Below, one piece after another: positions 18,569 to 28,520 of a DNA stretch of 64,000 nt. Origin of the DNA: an uncultured Acidimicrobiia bacterium (GTDB lineage: Bacteria > Actinomycetota > Acidimicrobiia > Acidimicrobiales > JACDCH01); contig CAVRIR010000003.1 of the NCBI GenBank assembly GCA_963721305.1, positions 600,884-664,883 of the forward strand. The letters run 5' to 3'. Numbering within the stretch: the stretch's first letter is position 1; each line of letters starts with the position of its first letter. A program made the position numbers and the translations under genes. Below the pieces are notes generated by a model that saw nothing but the letters and a program-made list of their open reading frames with translations, had not been told where the DNA came from and did no database searches.

Positions 18569-20143
18569 TTGGCTGTGGGACACATCGTCATGGGATTGCT
18601 CTTCTTTCCGCGCGGCGGGTCGGCACAGGTCGCGCGCTACTTGTCGACGGCGTTGGCCGACGCCCACTGGTCGGTGGAGCTCGTGACGGGATCGCTGGGC
18701 GACCCCGGAGAGTTCACGCATGCGCCGTCGTTCTTCGCTGGAGCTCCTCTGCAACACCTGGATTACTCAGACGCGGTGCGAGTGTTCATGGCCGGCGGAA
18801 GCGCGATCTCTGCTCCCGTGCCTATGCACCCGTCGTACGAAGACCGCGAGGACGCGCCGGACGTGGTGTTTGCCGCGGTGCCGGACGACCTCGCCGAGCA
18901 TCTCTCGGCGGTGTGGGAGTCACCGTTTCGTGCCGCTGGGGCAGACCGTGCCCATGTGTTCCACCTCCACCACCTGACGCCGCAGCACGACGCGGTACGG
19001 CGTCACTGGCCCCAAGGTGCCGTCGTCGCTCACCTCCACGGCACGGAGATCAAGTTCCTCGAGGCGGTCAACGCACGCGCAGCACTTGCGAAGGCGGTGG
19101 GGACGACACTGGCGGGCATGCCCGCATGGGTCCGGGTCAACCCAGACGGGGGTGCGGGACTCGACGATCGCCAGCGCGAGCTGTTGCGCACTACGCGGTG
19201 GGATTGGTGGCAGTACGGCGCGGCCTGGCGCGATCGGCTCCTGCGTCAGGCCGACGCCGCGGACCACCTCGTCTTGGTGTCACCGACCGAGCGCGGCCGG
19301 GCTGTCGAGGTACTCGATGTCGATGCCGACCGGGTTTCGGATATCCCGAACGGCGTGGACGTGACAAGGTTCTGCCCACGACCGATGAGCCGGGAGGCGC
19401 GCCGAAACCACTTCAGGCGTTGGCTCGTCGAGGATCCCCGAGGCTGGAACGAAACCTCCGTAGCCGGCACGGTGGGATACTGCGAGGCGGACCTCGACCG
19501 GCTTCTGGGCCCCGACGGCGACGCGACGGTCCTGGTCTTCGTCGGGCGCTTCACCTCCGCCAAGCGGGTCCCGTTGCTGGTGCGGGCGTTCGCCCGCGCC
19601 AGGGCGCGGTTCGACCGTCCGGCATCCCTTGTGGTTTGGGGCGGATATCCGGGCGAGTGGGAGGGTGAACACCCGGTCACGGTTGCCGGCAAGATCGGTG
19701 CGGAGGGACTGTTCTTCGCCGGATGGAGGGGCCATGCCGATCTGCCCGAGGCGCTCGCCGCCTGCGACGCGCTGGTGATCCCGTCGGTCGACGACTCGTA
19801 CCCGCAGGCGCCGCTCGAGGCCATGGCTGTCGGCCTCCCGGTGATTGCCACCAACAGCGGCGGGTTCCCGTTCGTGGTCAACCTCGACCCCGCTCGACCC
19901 ACCGGCTGGCTCGTTCCGCCCGATGACGAGCGCGCCCTGTCAGAGGTGCTCGTCTGGGCGGTCAATCGTCCGCACGAGCTTTCTCGACGAGGCGACGCAG
20001 CGCTTGCACATGCCCGATCGCGCCTGTCGTGGGCCAGCCGTGTCGAGCTGTTCGAAGAGGCGTACGCGTCCGCCAGGGACTGGCGGGCAAGACGTGGCTC
20101 CGGCAAAGCAAGCAGCGCTGACCGCACGAACCGCGCACGCTGA
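18569..20143 (+). CDS. glycosyltransferase family 4 protein
   Basis: N-terminus GLLFFPRGGSAQV; C-terminal GT-B motif VIPSVDDSYPQAPLEAMAVGLPVIATNSGG. The start is uncertain: TTG 18569, GTG 18575 or ATG 18590. Confidence 0.8.
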   Translation: MAVGHIVMGLLFFPRGGSAQVARYLSTALADAHWSVELVTGSLGDPGEFTHAPSFFAGAPLQHLDYSDAVRVFMAGGSAISAPVPMHPSYEDREDAPDVVFAAVPDDLAEHLSAVWESPFRAAGADRAHVFHLHHLTPQHDAVRRHWPQGAVVAHLHGTEIKFLEAVNARAALAKAVGTTLAGMPAWVRVNPDGGAGLDDRQRELLRTTRWDWWQYGAAWRDRLLRQADAADHLVLVSPTERGRAVEVLDVDADRVSDIPNGVDVTRFCPRPMSREARRNHFRRWLVEDPRGWNETSVAGTVGYCEADLDRLLGPDGDATVLVFVGRFTSAKRVPLLVRAFARARARFDRPASLVVWGGYPGEWEGEHPVTVAGKIGAEGLFFAGWRGHADLPEALAACDALVIPSVDDSYPQAPLEAMAVGLPVIATNSGGFPFVVNLDPARPTGWLVPPDDERALSEVLVWAVNRPHELSRRGDAALAHARSRLSWASRVELFEEAYASARDWRARRGSGKASSADRTNRAR

Positions 20144-21210
20144 CATGTCTCGACCCATCTCGAAAGTACGCTCCGCACCGGCGGTATGGGAGGGTGCCGG
20201 TTGCCGCGCACGACGGCGGAATACGGGATGATTCAGGTGTTCGCGCCGCCGCGCGGGCTCGGGTCGTCCGGATTGCTCTGAGTGTGGCGGCGGGTACGGC
20301 GCGGGGCGGTCACGTCGCCCGCGCCTGACGGAGTTCTTCGATGACGGCGCGTCGCGCTTGCTCAAGCGCTTCGAGGTAGGTCGAACCCCCACGGCGCGCG
20401 ACCATTCCGACTTGATGGGATAAGCGCTGCTGGACATCGCCTGCTGTCGGACGCTTGACAGCGGCCGGCCACTGCGGACGAAGCAGCTGTGAGGCCGTTC
20501 CCTCCGTCCACGACGTGATGCTTTCGAGGAACTCAATCCCTAAGGACGGTGCACCATCTGTGGTCCATGCTGCCCAAGCCGACGCTGGTCCTTTCCTGGG
20601 AGGCGAAGGCTTGCGGGCGGCCTTCGAACTGGCAAACGCGAGACGCTCGCGCCGTGTCGTCGTCGCAGCAGACGACGCTCGAGAACGGAACCAACGACAT
20701 GACGATCCTCTCTGAGGTTCAGAAGAGGCGGCATGCCTGCGGGGCGGCAACCACAACCGGTCGTCCTGCCAACCAAGCGTCCCTTCGGGACAACCGCAAC
20801 TGTACCGCCTCCACAGCAGGTCGACCCGTCAGGACACGGACCGCATCGTCGGTGCACGGCACCGCACGACACGTCACTGTTCCGCGGCTCGCACGACGAG
20901 CCGACAAGGGTGCCACCGCCGGCGCCGAGCGTCAGATCGGGCGCAGCGAGGTCAACTGACAGGCGCATCGTCGGCGACAAGGTCCAGCCCTGCACGCGCT
21001 GAGCCGGCGATAAGGAATGCCCAAGATCGTTTAGGCGCCCGTCCCCCTCGGAGTGCTCTCGTTACCGTCTCGGCCCTGGATGTCTGCGGCGGCGCCGCGC
21101 ACCAACGAAGGAAGTGACTCGACTGACCTCGAGTGAACCGGCACATCCGGCGATGTGTGACACCAGCGGAGGATTCCTTCGTGCCGGGGGATGTCCAGTT
21201 TCGGCTGCCG

Positions 21211-21567
21211 TCACCCTTCCTCGCGGCTCCCGGCGAAGGTAATCGTGTTGCCGTTGGGATCGCTCACGCTGGCGATCGCGATACCCGATGACACCGTCTG
21301 CATGTCGGTCTCAACGCCGATGCTCGTCAAGTGCTCGGTTACGGGAGTGACCGTGTCCACGACCAGCGTCGCAACACATGATCCCGCTCCCTCCGACCGC
21401 TCGACACCGGTAGCCCGCCCGTACGGTTCAGTTGCCACGCGGCGAGGCCGTCCATCGGCGCCGATCGGGCGGACGACCGAACAGGGCGGTGTACCACTCG
21501 ACCCCGGCAGCGTGGTCGGTGACAATCATCTCGGCCAGGACGTTGGTGATCTCGGGCGCAGCCATGC
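21211..21567 (-). pseudogene. VOC family protein with two frame changes (about 21455 and 21425)
   Basis: Hand translation gives MAAPEITNVLAEMIVTDHAAGVEWYTALFGRPPD in one frame, PMDGLAAWQL...GGL in a second, and ERSEGAGSCVATLVVD...SDPNGNTITF in a third. Confidence 0.55.
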
Positions 21568-21648
21568 ACTCGTCCTACCTCATTGACAGCGACGCCAGGC
21601 CGCCCGACTTGCGTCTCACACGGAGGTCCGGGACGCATCGGCCTGCTG

Positions 21649-22113
21649 TCAGGCTGAAATGCCGCGACGTTCGAGCTCCACCCGCAGTCGAGCCGCATCC
21701 ATTTCCAACATGGATGGTTCCGCTTGGCCACTGCCAGTCCACAGCTCCCGCAGGAAGTCGAGGTTCTCCCAGATTGGAGCAGTGGGTCGGCCGTCGTCGG
21801 CGTGGCGAGGCGTGACCCACCAGTGCAGGTGAGGAACGCCGTTGCCGAGCGACTCGACGTTCGTCTTGACTGGGGAGAACACAGCGTCGACTGCCGCGCA
21901 CACCTCGGTCAGCTCAGCGAGATGACGTGATCGGGTGACTTCATCAAGGTGGTACATCTCCCTGATGCACAGCCGGCTGACGAAAAACGCGGCGCCTCTG
22001 TAGCGCTGGTTCCGGTGAAGGCGTAGCCAGCCCGTCTCCAGCCCCGCCACATCGCCAGGGCGAGGTTCGGTCTCCTGGAGCGCGTTCTCGGCGCAGAGCG
22101 GACATTTTCCCAT
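21649..22113 (-). CDS. HIT-like family protein (variant histidine triad HLHWWVTPR)
   Basis: 154 aa with an N-terminal CPLC; GNGVPHLHWWVTPRH occupies the position of the HxHxHxx motif, with the third His replaced by Trp. Confidence 0.6.
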   Translation of the reverse strand: MGKCPLCAENALQETEPRPGDVAGLETGWLRLHRNQRYRGAAFFVSRLCIREMYHLDEVTRSRHLAELTEVCAAVDAVFSPVKTNVESLGNGVPHLHWWVTPRHADDGRPTAPIWENLDFLRELWTGSGQAEPSMLEMDAARLRVELERRGISA

Positions 22114-22493
22114 TCCCGAACGCTATTGCTGGTTGCGGTTCTGCTCGCGGAACCGACTGCGAGAGCCAGGCTCTGGGCGGTCGGCCCGTCGGAGTGCTCG
22201 TGCCGTGGGCCTGCCCCAGATGTGCCGTACTCGGGCAGCCCGATTACGGACACGAACGCGACGGGTGACACGCCACAGCTCGCATCAAGTTCAGGAGCTG
22301 GTTACGACGCGGCGCGCGTTGTACAACGAAGTCGTCACCCACAACTCGTACCGCGCGCGTGGCGTTGCGAGACCGTTCCATGGCGCGTGGATGGCGCGAC
22401 CGCTGACGTTCGCCTCGGCTCGGTGATGTTCGACGCAGCGCGGTGACCAGCATTTTCGTCCGTCGGCGTCCGTCTGTGACCGTACGCGGAGGA

Positions 22494-22535
22494 CTGCAAA
22501 GCCCTGTACACCGGTTCGATTCCGGTCGCCGCCTC
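22494..22535 (+). repeat. attR-like orphan 3' half of tRNA-Cys (42-bp direct repeat; followed by CCA)
   Basis: Identical to 10954..10995. The upstream 5' half is unrelated to a tRNA. The sequence reads ...gcctcca here and ...gcctcta at the left copy. Confidence 0.85.
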
Positions 22536-22992
22536 CAACGTTTGAGCAGGTCAGGCGCTTGTCGCGTGAGACAGCGAACGGCACATCACCATCGTCATCG
22601 TCTCGTGCCTTTCTCGTCGTGGGGAACCGCGACGGGCACTCCTGATGACAACAGTGCGTTTGCCTCTTACGAGCCACGCCGCGGACAGGACACTGGCGGC
22701 ACGGCTGTTCGTTTAACAGCCAGACCCGTGGCCGGCAGGCACTTCAAGAGCCGAACCGCCAGCACCCTCGACGCTACGAGCAACCCCGTCGCGCCAACCC
22801 GATTCTCAATCGGGCACTTCTGCGCTGTCGGTGGTGGTGTTCAGATGCGCGCCGGTCGGCTTGGAGGAGGTGCTTGTGTGACAGCTGACCGAGGTCTTGT
22901 CGCGACGAATTAGTTGTCGAGCGGCGCCGGTGGCGCGAGGTTTTGGCCAGTCGCCTCAGGGCGGGGACGGCTGGGGACTGGGGGCGTGTCCG

Positions 22993-25503
22993 ATGCTGGG
23001 ACGCTGGGTTGTTGTGCGTGGGCTGGCAGTTCGGGGCATTGGGGGGCGCCGGTCTCGGTTGGGGCGTGTTGGTTTGGTCGTGTTGGTTGGGGTCGCGTTG
23101 TTGGGGTTGTCGGGTTGTGTGGCTGATCCGCCGCCGCGGATCGGGTTGGCGGTTGCGGGGAACGGTGAGGCGGCGTTGTCGTGGCAGCCGCCGCTGGCGG
23201 CGCCGTTTCCGACTACGAGTTATCGGGTGACGCCGTGGGTCGGTCAGGTGGCACAGACACCGATGGTGGTGAGCTCGTCGGCCACGACTTCGACAGTGAC
23301 TGGTTTGAGCAATGGGCTCGCGTACACGTTCACGGTGACGGCGGTTGACAGTCGTGGTGACGAGAGCGCGTCGTCGGGCCAGTCGAACCGGGTCACGCCG
23401 AGTGCGGTGATCCCGGCGGTCACTTCGGTCGACGCCGGTGGAACGACGTCGTGTGCTCGGGTCGCCAACGGCACGGCGGAGTGCTGGGGCAACAATCCGG
23501 TCGGCGAGTTCGGTAACGGCACGACTGCCAACTCGAACATTCCAGTCATTGCCGCGATTGGCCATGTCTTCAGCACGGTCGAGACCGGCGGGCTGGCGTC
23601 TTGTGGGCTGACCCCCTCGAACACGGTGGAGTGCTGGGGTTACAACCTCGACGGCGAGCTGGGCAACGGCACCACTACCACCTCGACCACCCCTGTGCCC
23701 GTGACCGGGATCAGCAACGCGACCGCGATCGCGGCGGGCGGACGGCACGCGTGCGCGCTGCTGAGTGGCGGCACGGTGCAGTGTTGGGGCTACAACGCGT
23801 CCGGCCAGCTCGGCAACGGCACCACCACCAACTCTTCGGTGCCGGTGCCCGTAAGCGGGATCACCACCGCCACCGCCATCACGGCCGGGCACTTGCACAC
23901 CTGTGCCCGCCTCGCTGACGGCACGGTGCAGTGCTGGGGCAGCGCATTCGGCGATGGCTCCAACACCGACTCATCCACTCCCATCGCGGTCAGCGGGATC
24001 AGCACCGCCACCGCCATCACCGCCGGGTACGTGGATACGTGCGCCCTGCTCACCAATCACACCGTCGAGTGTTGGGGCGCCAACAACCAAGGCCAGCTCG
24101 GCGATGGCTCCACCACCGACTCGTTCAGTCCGGTCGCAGTTAACGGGATCACGTCCGCCACCGCGGTCGGGGCGGGCGACGTGCACACTTGCGCGGTCCT
24201 CACCGGCGGCACGGTGAAATGTTGGGGCTACAACGCGTTCGGCCAGCTCGGCAACAACACCACCACCAATTCGTCCACCCCCGTCACCGTGACCAACCTT
24301 CCCGCCGTCACCGCGGTCGCTGCAGGAGCCAACCACACCTGTGGCCTGCTCACCGGCGGCACCGTCGCCTGCTGGGGCGACAACGGCGTCGGCCAACTCG
24401 GCAACGGCACCACCACCGGCGCGCCCACCCCGGTCCCCGTCGCCTGGCCCGCTCCCGTTGCCATCACCGCCGGCACCGAGCACACCTGCGTCCTGCTCAC
24501 CGGAGGCACCATCGCCTGCTGGGGCCGTAACCAATTCGGGCAGCTCGGCAACGGCACCACCGTCGACTCGTCTACCCCTGTCGGGGTCATTGGGATCACC
24601 CAGGCTGTCGCCGTTGCCGCCGGCGGCGAGCACACCTGCGCCCTGCTCAGCGACAACATCGTCAAGTGCTGGGGCCGGAACAATTTCGGCGAGCTCGGCA
24701 ACAGCAGCTTGACCGACTCGTCGACCCCGGTCGCGGTTACCGGGATCAACAACGCCATCGGCATCGCTGCCGGCATTGGGCACACGTGCGCCGTGCTCAG
24801 CGGTTTCCACCTCAAGTGCTGGGGCAACAACTCCTTCGGGCAGCTCGGCAACGGCAGCACCGTCAATGCCGTCAGCCCTGCCGACGTGACCGGGATCTCC
24901 ACTGCCACCGCCATCACCGCCGCCAGCTCGCACACCTGCGCGATGCTTTTGGGCGGCACCGTCAAATGCTGGGGTGGCAACTTGCTCGGCCAGCTCGGCG
25001 ACAGCACCACCGCCGGCTCGACCACGCCGGTCGCCGTCACCGGGATCACTACCGCTGTCGGTGTCACCGCCAGCGGCTTCCACACCTGCGCCCTGCTCTT
25101 CGACAGCACCGTCGCCTGCTGGGGCAGCGGAGGCAGCAACGGCACCAACACCGACTCGTCCACCCCCGTGCCGGTCTCCGGGATCACCACCGCCGTCAGG
25201 ATCACCGCCGGCGACTCCCACACGTGCGCCCTGCTTACCAGCGGCACGATCGAATGCTGGGGTTTCAATTCCCTAGGCCAACTCGGCAACGGCACCACCA
25301 CCGACTCGATAACCCCGGTCGCCGTCACCGGGATCACGACCGGCATCACCGTCTACGCCAACGCCATCACCGCCGGCACTGAGTACACCTGCGCCCTCCT
25401 GACCGGCGGGACCATCGACTGTTGGGGCCTCAACACCCAGGGACAGCTCGGCAACGGGACCACCATCGACTCGCACACCCCTGTCGAGGTCGTCTGGCCC
25501 TAG
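22993..25503 (+). CDS. lipoprotein with one FN3 domain and 14 RCC1-type beta-propeller blades (two tandem 7-blade propellers)
   Basis: ATG 22993; signal plus lipobox LLGLSGC. FN3 pattern (LSWQPP...YRVTP...[19 protein letters not shown]). 14 occurrences of the CWG-x4-GQLGNG blade motif. Confidence 0.85.
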   Translation: MLGRWVVVRGLAVRGIGGRRSRLGRVGLVVLVGVALLGLSGCVADPPPRIGLAVAGNGEAALSWQPPLAAPFPTTSYRVTPWVGQVAQTPMVVSSSATTSTVTGLSNGLAYTFTVTAVDSRGDESASSGQSNRVTPSAVIPAVTSVDAGGTTSCARVANGTAECWGNNPVGEFGNGTTANSNIPVIAAIGHVFSTVETGGLASCGLTPSNTVECWGYNLDGELGNGTTTTSTTPVPVTGISNATAIAAGGRHACALLSGGTVQCWGYNASGQLGNGTTTNSSVPVPVSGITTATAITAGHLHTCARLADGTVQCWGSAFGDGSNTDSSTPIAVSGISTATAITAGYVDTCALLTNHTVECWGANNQGQLGDGSTTDSFSPVAVNGITSATAVGAGDVHTCAVLTGGTVKCWGYNAFGQLGNNTTTNSSTPVTVTNLPAVTAVAAGANHTCGLLTGGTVACWGDNGVGQLGNGTTTGAPTPVPVAWPAPVAITAGTEHTCVLLTGGTIACWGRNQFGQLGNGTTVDSSTPVGVIGITQAVAVAAGGEHTCALLSDNIVKCWGRNNFGELGNSSLTDSSTPVAVTGINNAIGIAAGIGHTCAVLSGFHLKCWGNNSFGQLGNGSTVNAVSPADVTGISTATAITAASSHTCAMLLGGTVKCWGGNLLGQLGDSTTAGSTTPVAVTGITTAVGVTASGFHTCALLFDSTVACWGSGGSNGTNTDSSTPVPVSGITTAVRITAGDSHTCALLTSGTIECWGFNSLGQLGNGTTTDSITPVAVTGITTGITVYANAITAGTEYTCALLTGGTIDCWGLNTQGQLGNGTTIDSHTPVEVVWP

Positions 25504-25629
25504 ACCGCCACCTCTGCTCACGCAGCGATACGCAAACGCCCGAGGATTGTTGACGCCGAGGCATGCAGAACATCAGCGGCGGAAATGCCGCCTACCGCGT
25601 GAGCGGTATCGGCACGTCCCGGCGGCGGG

Positions 25630-26055
25630 TCAGGCGGCGGCCACGGTGACGGTAAGGGCAGGCCCGAGCGCGCACAAAGCGCCGGGCCGGCAGGTGACGA
25701 CCGTCCAGATGTTCGCTTGACCGGGTACGGCCGCGGTAAACGTTCTCCGAGGCGGGCTGCACGTCGTATCGCACGAGTCGTTGGTCTCCAAGGTCGGTGC
25801 GAACTGCTCGTTGCCACCGACCCAGTGCAACTCGGTGGGGTCTACGTTCACCTCCAACTGTTGGTAGACGCGTAGCGTTATCGGCGTCGGGGTCTGACCC
25901 TTGACCAGCGTGACGATCACAGGGTCGGGTGACGGCTGGCCCCGCGTGGTGCTAGTCGAGCCGAAGGAGGGCTGGCCGCTCGTGTTGCTGCTCGTCGACC
26001 CGCAACCCGCGGCCACGACGGCTGCGAGAAGCAAGACACACAATCGCAGTCTCAT
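25630..26055 (-). CDS. small lipoprotein, hypothetical
   Basis: MRLRLCVLLLAAVVAAGC lipobox followed by a Ser/Thr-rich linker. ATG 26055 within the 25630..26088 ORF. Confidence 0.55.
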   Translation of the reverse strand: MRLRLCVLLLAAVVAAGCGSTSSNTSGQPSFGSTSTTRGQPSPDPVIVTLVKGQTPTPITLRVYQQLEVNVDPTELHWVGGNEQFAPTLETNDSCDTTCSPPRRTFTAAVPGQANIWTVVTCRPGALCALGPALTVTVAAA

Positions 26056-26381
26056 ATGACGCACCGTTCGCTGCAGTAGCCCAAGCACCGTCGCTCAAGC
26101 GGACGGTATTTGGGACGCTCGATGTCGGCGTCTGGTTCCCTGAACTGCGGTCTCACTTGTCGCCTGGCGAACCGCACCCATCCCGTATTGACGGATCTGA
26201 GTGCGATGTATCAGGCACTTATGAGCGGTGCGGATCGGCCCCTAGGTCGCGAGTATGCCCCTTCGGGTCGGCCACATCGCGCCGGCGGGGGACGGCGAAA
26301 TCTGCTCAACTTCGGACTCGGGTGGTGTTCGAGACGGACGACCTCGTCCTGAACTCGGTGCACATCCTCGGAGGGGACACG

Positions 26382-26801
26382 ATGAGCGATTACTCACAGG
26401 GACCGGGTTGGTGGCAGGCGACGGACGGGAAGTGGTACCCGCCAGATGCGACGGCCGCAGGGCAAGGTGCCTTCGCGCCTGTTCCGTCGAGTGGACAGGA
26501 CGTCGACGCGAAGGGATTCGTGCGATCGCTCTACGACTTCAAGCTCGACCACTTCGTCACGCCGAAGGTCCTGCGGTTCATCTATGCCATTGTCGTCATC
26601 CTGCTGAGCCTCGGTGCCGTGCTGTTCCTGCTCGCCGGCCTTAGCTCGGGCGACTCGTCGAGCGCAGTCGCCGCGCTCATCGGCGTGCCGATCGCATACT
26701 TCCTGTACTTGGTGTTCACCCGCATCTATTTCGAACTCATCGCCGCCTTCTTCCACATACACGACGACGTGCGGGCGATCCGTCGCAACAACAGATCCTG
26801 A
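26382..26801 (+). CDS. DUF4282 domain-containing membrane protein
   Basis: ATG 26382 after ggagggg. GWWQATDGKWYPP then FVRSLYDFKLDHFVTPKVLRFIYAIVVIL...YLVFTRIYFELIAAFFHI. Confidence 0.7.
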   Translation: MSDYSQGPGWWQATDGKWYPPDATAAGQGAFAPVPSSGQDVDAKGFVRSLYDFKLDHFVTPKVLRFIYAIVVILLSLGAVLFLLAGLSSGDSSSAVAALIGVPIAYFLYLVFTRIYFELIAAFFHIHDDVRAIRRNNRS

Positions 26802-27024
26802 ATCCTTCGGTTGCGTGACATCGTTACGAGTGACGCGGAGACGTTCTCGGAACTCGGGCGTTCCCATTGCTCGAGGCGCGGTTCTAGCGCCCCGGGTGTC
26901 CCCTGTCGGCGCCGAGAGGTGCTCGATGACGGCACGTATACGCGCTCTGAGCCCAATAGTCGTCGCTACAGATGCGTTATTCTTTCAACGGCCGCGGCGT
27001 CGGCGGGACGGTAGCGTCGCGTGC

Positions 27025-27855
27025 ATGCGTGGGCGGCTTGGCACCATCACCGTGTTGTCGGTACTCGGCCTGCTCGCCGCCTGTGGAAGCGACAAGGCGA
27101 CGAGTTCGTCATCGTCGGGGCCACAATCTCGGAGCAGTTCCTCGTCGACCGCAGTACCGAGCCTGTCGGGGACGGCGTGGACACTGACGAGTTACCTGGG
27201 CGCCGGCGGCACGATGGTGGCGTCATCGCCGGGCGCCGCGCTCAGCTTTGCTGCTGACGGGACTTTGTCGGGCAACACTGGATGCAACTCGTTCGGCGGG
27301 ACGTACACGTCCGCTGACTCGAAGCTGACGATCAGGCTGGGACCGATGACATTACGGGCATGTGCCGATCCGGCAGCCATGGCACAGGAGACCGCGATCG
27401 TCCAACAACTACCCACGGTGTCCAGCTACACGACGACCGGAGGCGTGTTGACGCTCACGGGAACGAACGGCAGCCCGTTGTTCATCTACGCGATGTCGAA
27501 CAACACACTGCCGGGAACGTCGTGGCAGGTGACCGGCGTCAACAACGGTCGGGGAGGTGTGGAGTCGACGGCCCTGACCGAACAGCTCACCGCCACCTTC
27601 GGCAGCGATGGGACGTTCACTGCTTTCGGTGGTTGCAACCAGCTTGCCGGGCGCTACACGACCACGGGCACCTCGGGGCTCGCGGTCGGCCCGTTGAGCG
27701 GAACCGACAAGTCATGCAGCAGCGACGTCGACCAGCTCGAACACGAGTACTCGACCGCGCTGGCCCAAGTAGCCAGCTACGACATCATCAACGGCACACT
27801 GACCATGCGGGACCGCCAAGGTTCAACTCAGGTCACCGCCATCGCCGCCCACTGA
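27025..27855 (+). CDS. lipoprotein with two META (HslJ-like) domains
   Basis: LGLLAACGS lipobox. Two copies of the W.L..Y.....GCNSFGG.Y-type pattern (GNTGCNSFGGTYT; FGGCNQLAGRYT). Confidence 0.8.
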   Translation: MRGRLGTITVLSVLGLLAACGSDKATSSSSSGPQSRSSSSSTAVPSLSGTAWTLTSYLGAGGTMVASSPGAALSFAADGTLSGNTGCNSFGGTYTSADSKLTIRLGPMTLRACADPAAMAQETAIVQQLPTVSSYTTTGGVLTLTGTNGSPLFIYAMSNNTLPGTSWQVTGVNNGRGGVESTALTEQLTATFGSDGTFTAFGGCNQLAGRYTTTGTSGLAVGPLSGTDKSCSSDVDQLEHEYSTALAQVASYDIINGTLTMRDRQGSTQVTAIAAH

Positions 27856-27985
27856 ACCTTCATCGCCTCACTTGTCGTGGGCAACTCACAGATGACAAGC
27901 CGCCACGCCCGCCTGTCAGTGTCGGGCACTCGATACCTGCAACCGCGTCCGAGATCGGCACGTTCCGGATGTCTGCCAGGAGTAT

Positions 27986-28291
27986 GTGACGCTCCGCAGA
28001 GGTGATCCGATGACCGATGCTCAACAGGAGCCGGACCACTGCCCTCGGTGCGGGCGACGGTTGCCGTCCGCGACAGCAGGCGGACAGATCGGCCAAGTAC
28101 CGCGTGCACCCCAAGAGTTGTGTTCCTGGTGTCTCACGGGGCATGGACCGACGTGGACCGACCTGGGCACGCTCCGCAACACGAGAGGGCGACGCTTCAA
28201 CCTCCGACTACAGCGGAGATTGAGCCGGTGGTCTGGCGACGAAGTGACCTACAAGCTTGACCCGCCTGACCCCGACGTGGACACGAAGTAA
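27986..28291 (+). CDS. hypothetical protein with possible zinc ribbon (CPRC...CSWC)
   Basis: ORF only; two CxxC pairs. No recognisable family. Confidence 0.3.
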   Translation: MTLRRGDPMTDAQQEPDHCPRCGRRLPSATAGGQIGQVPRAPQELCSWCLTGHGPTWTDLGTLRNTRGRRFNLRLQRRLSRWSGDEVTYKLDPPDPDVDTK

Positions 28292-28520
28292 CGAAGCACT
28301 TACGAGCGGGTGCAGGTCAGCAGCTATGGGTTCGATAGTCCGATGCGCTGAGCCTCGATCACGACCGTGTCGCCGCTCTGCATCTCGATAGCGATGCCCG
28401 AACCATGCTCGACCTCGATCGGACCCTCGAGCCCCAGAACGCGCCGTCAATCGGATCGATCTGGTCCTCCATGGGCGTCGGTTCCTCCTTCGGTTCCGCG
28501 AGCTTGACACCCGCGGAGCG

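Larger units (their letters stand above)
10954..22535. mobile_element. about 11.6-kb genomic island integrated into the tRNA-Cys 3' end (no intact integrase; decayed)
   Basis: An intact tRNA at the left end and an orphan tRNA 3' half at the right end form a 42-bp perfect direct repeat. The interior holds IS110 and several frame-disrupted accessory genes. Confidence 0.7.

Noticed and set aside
20310-20995. Overlapping ORFs (148, 151 and 136 aa) in the gene-poor part of the island, one Cys-rich
   Set aside because: No start context, no motifs and mutually overlapping frames. They may be remnants of destroyed genes but cannot be supported.
22623-22650. GGAAC-like element upstream of the 14-blade gene (and GGAAAC at 35292 upstream of the paralog) as ECF sigma -35 boxes
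   Set aside because: A single pentamer match each, with no shared -10 element or spacing, so they are indistinguishable from chance in this composition.
23400-25500. Regular roughly 156-bp periodicity, considered as a CRISPR array or satellite
   Set aside because: The repeat units diverge throughout with no conserved-repeat/unique-spacer alternation, and they are in-frame protein blades. No cas genes are present.
22774-25521. Several long minus-strand ORFs (374, 416 and 373 aa) and alternative plus-frame ORFs inside the RCC1 gene
   Set aside because: The translations are repetitive Gly/Arg/Asp strings with the same 156-nt period as the sense-strand blades. Only the sense frame gives the canonical RCC1 motif.
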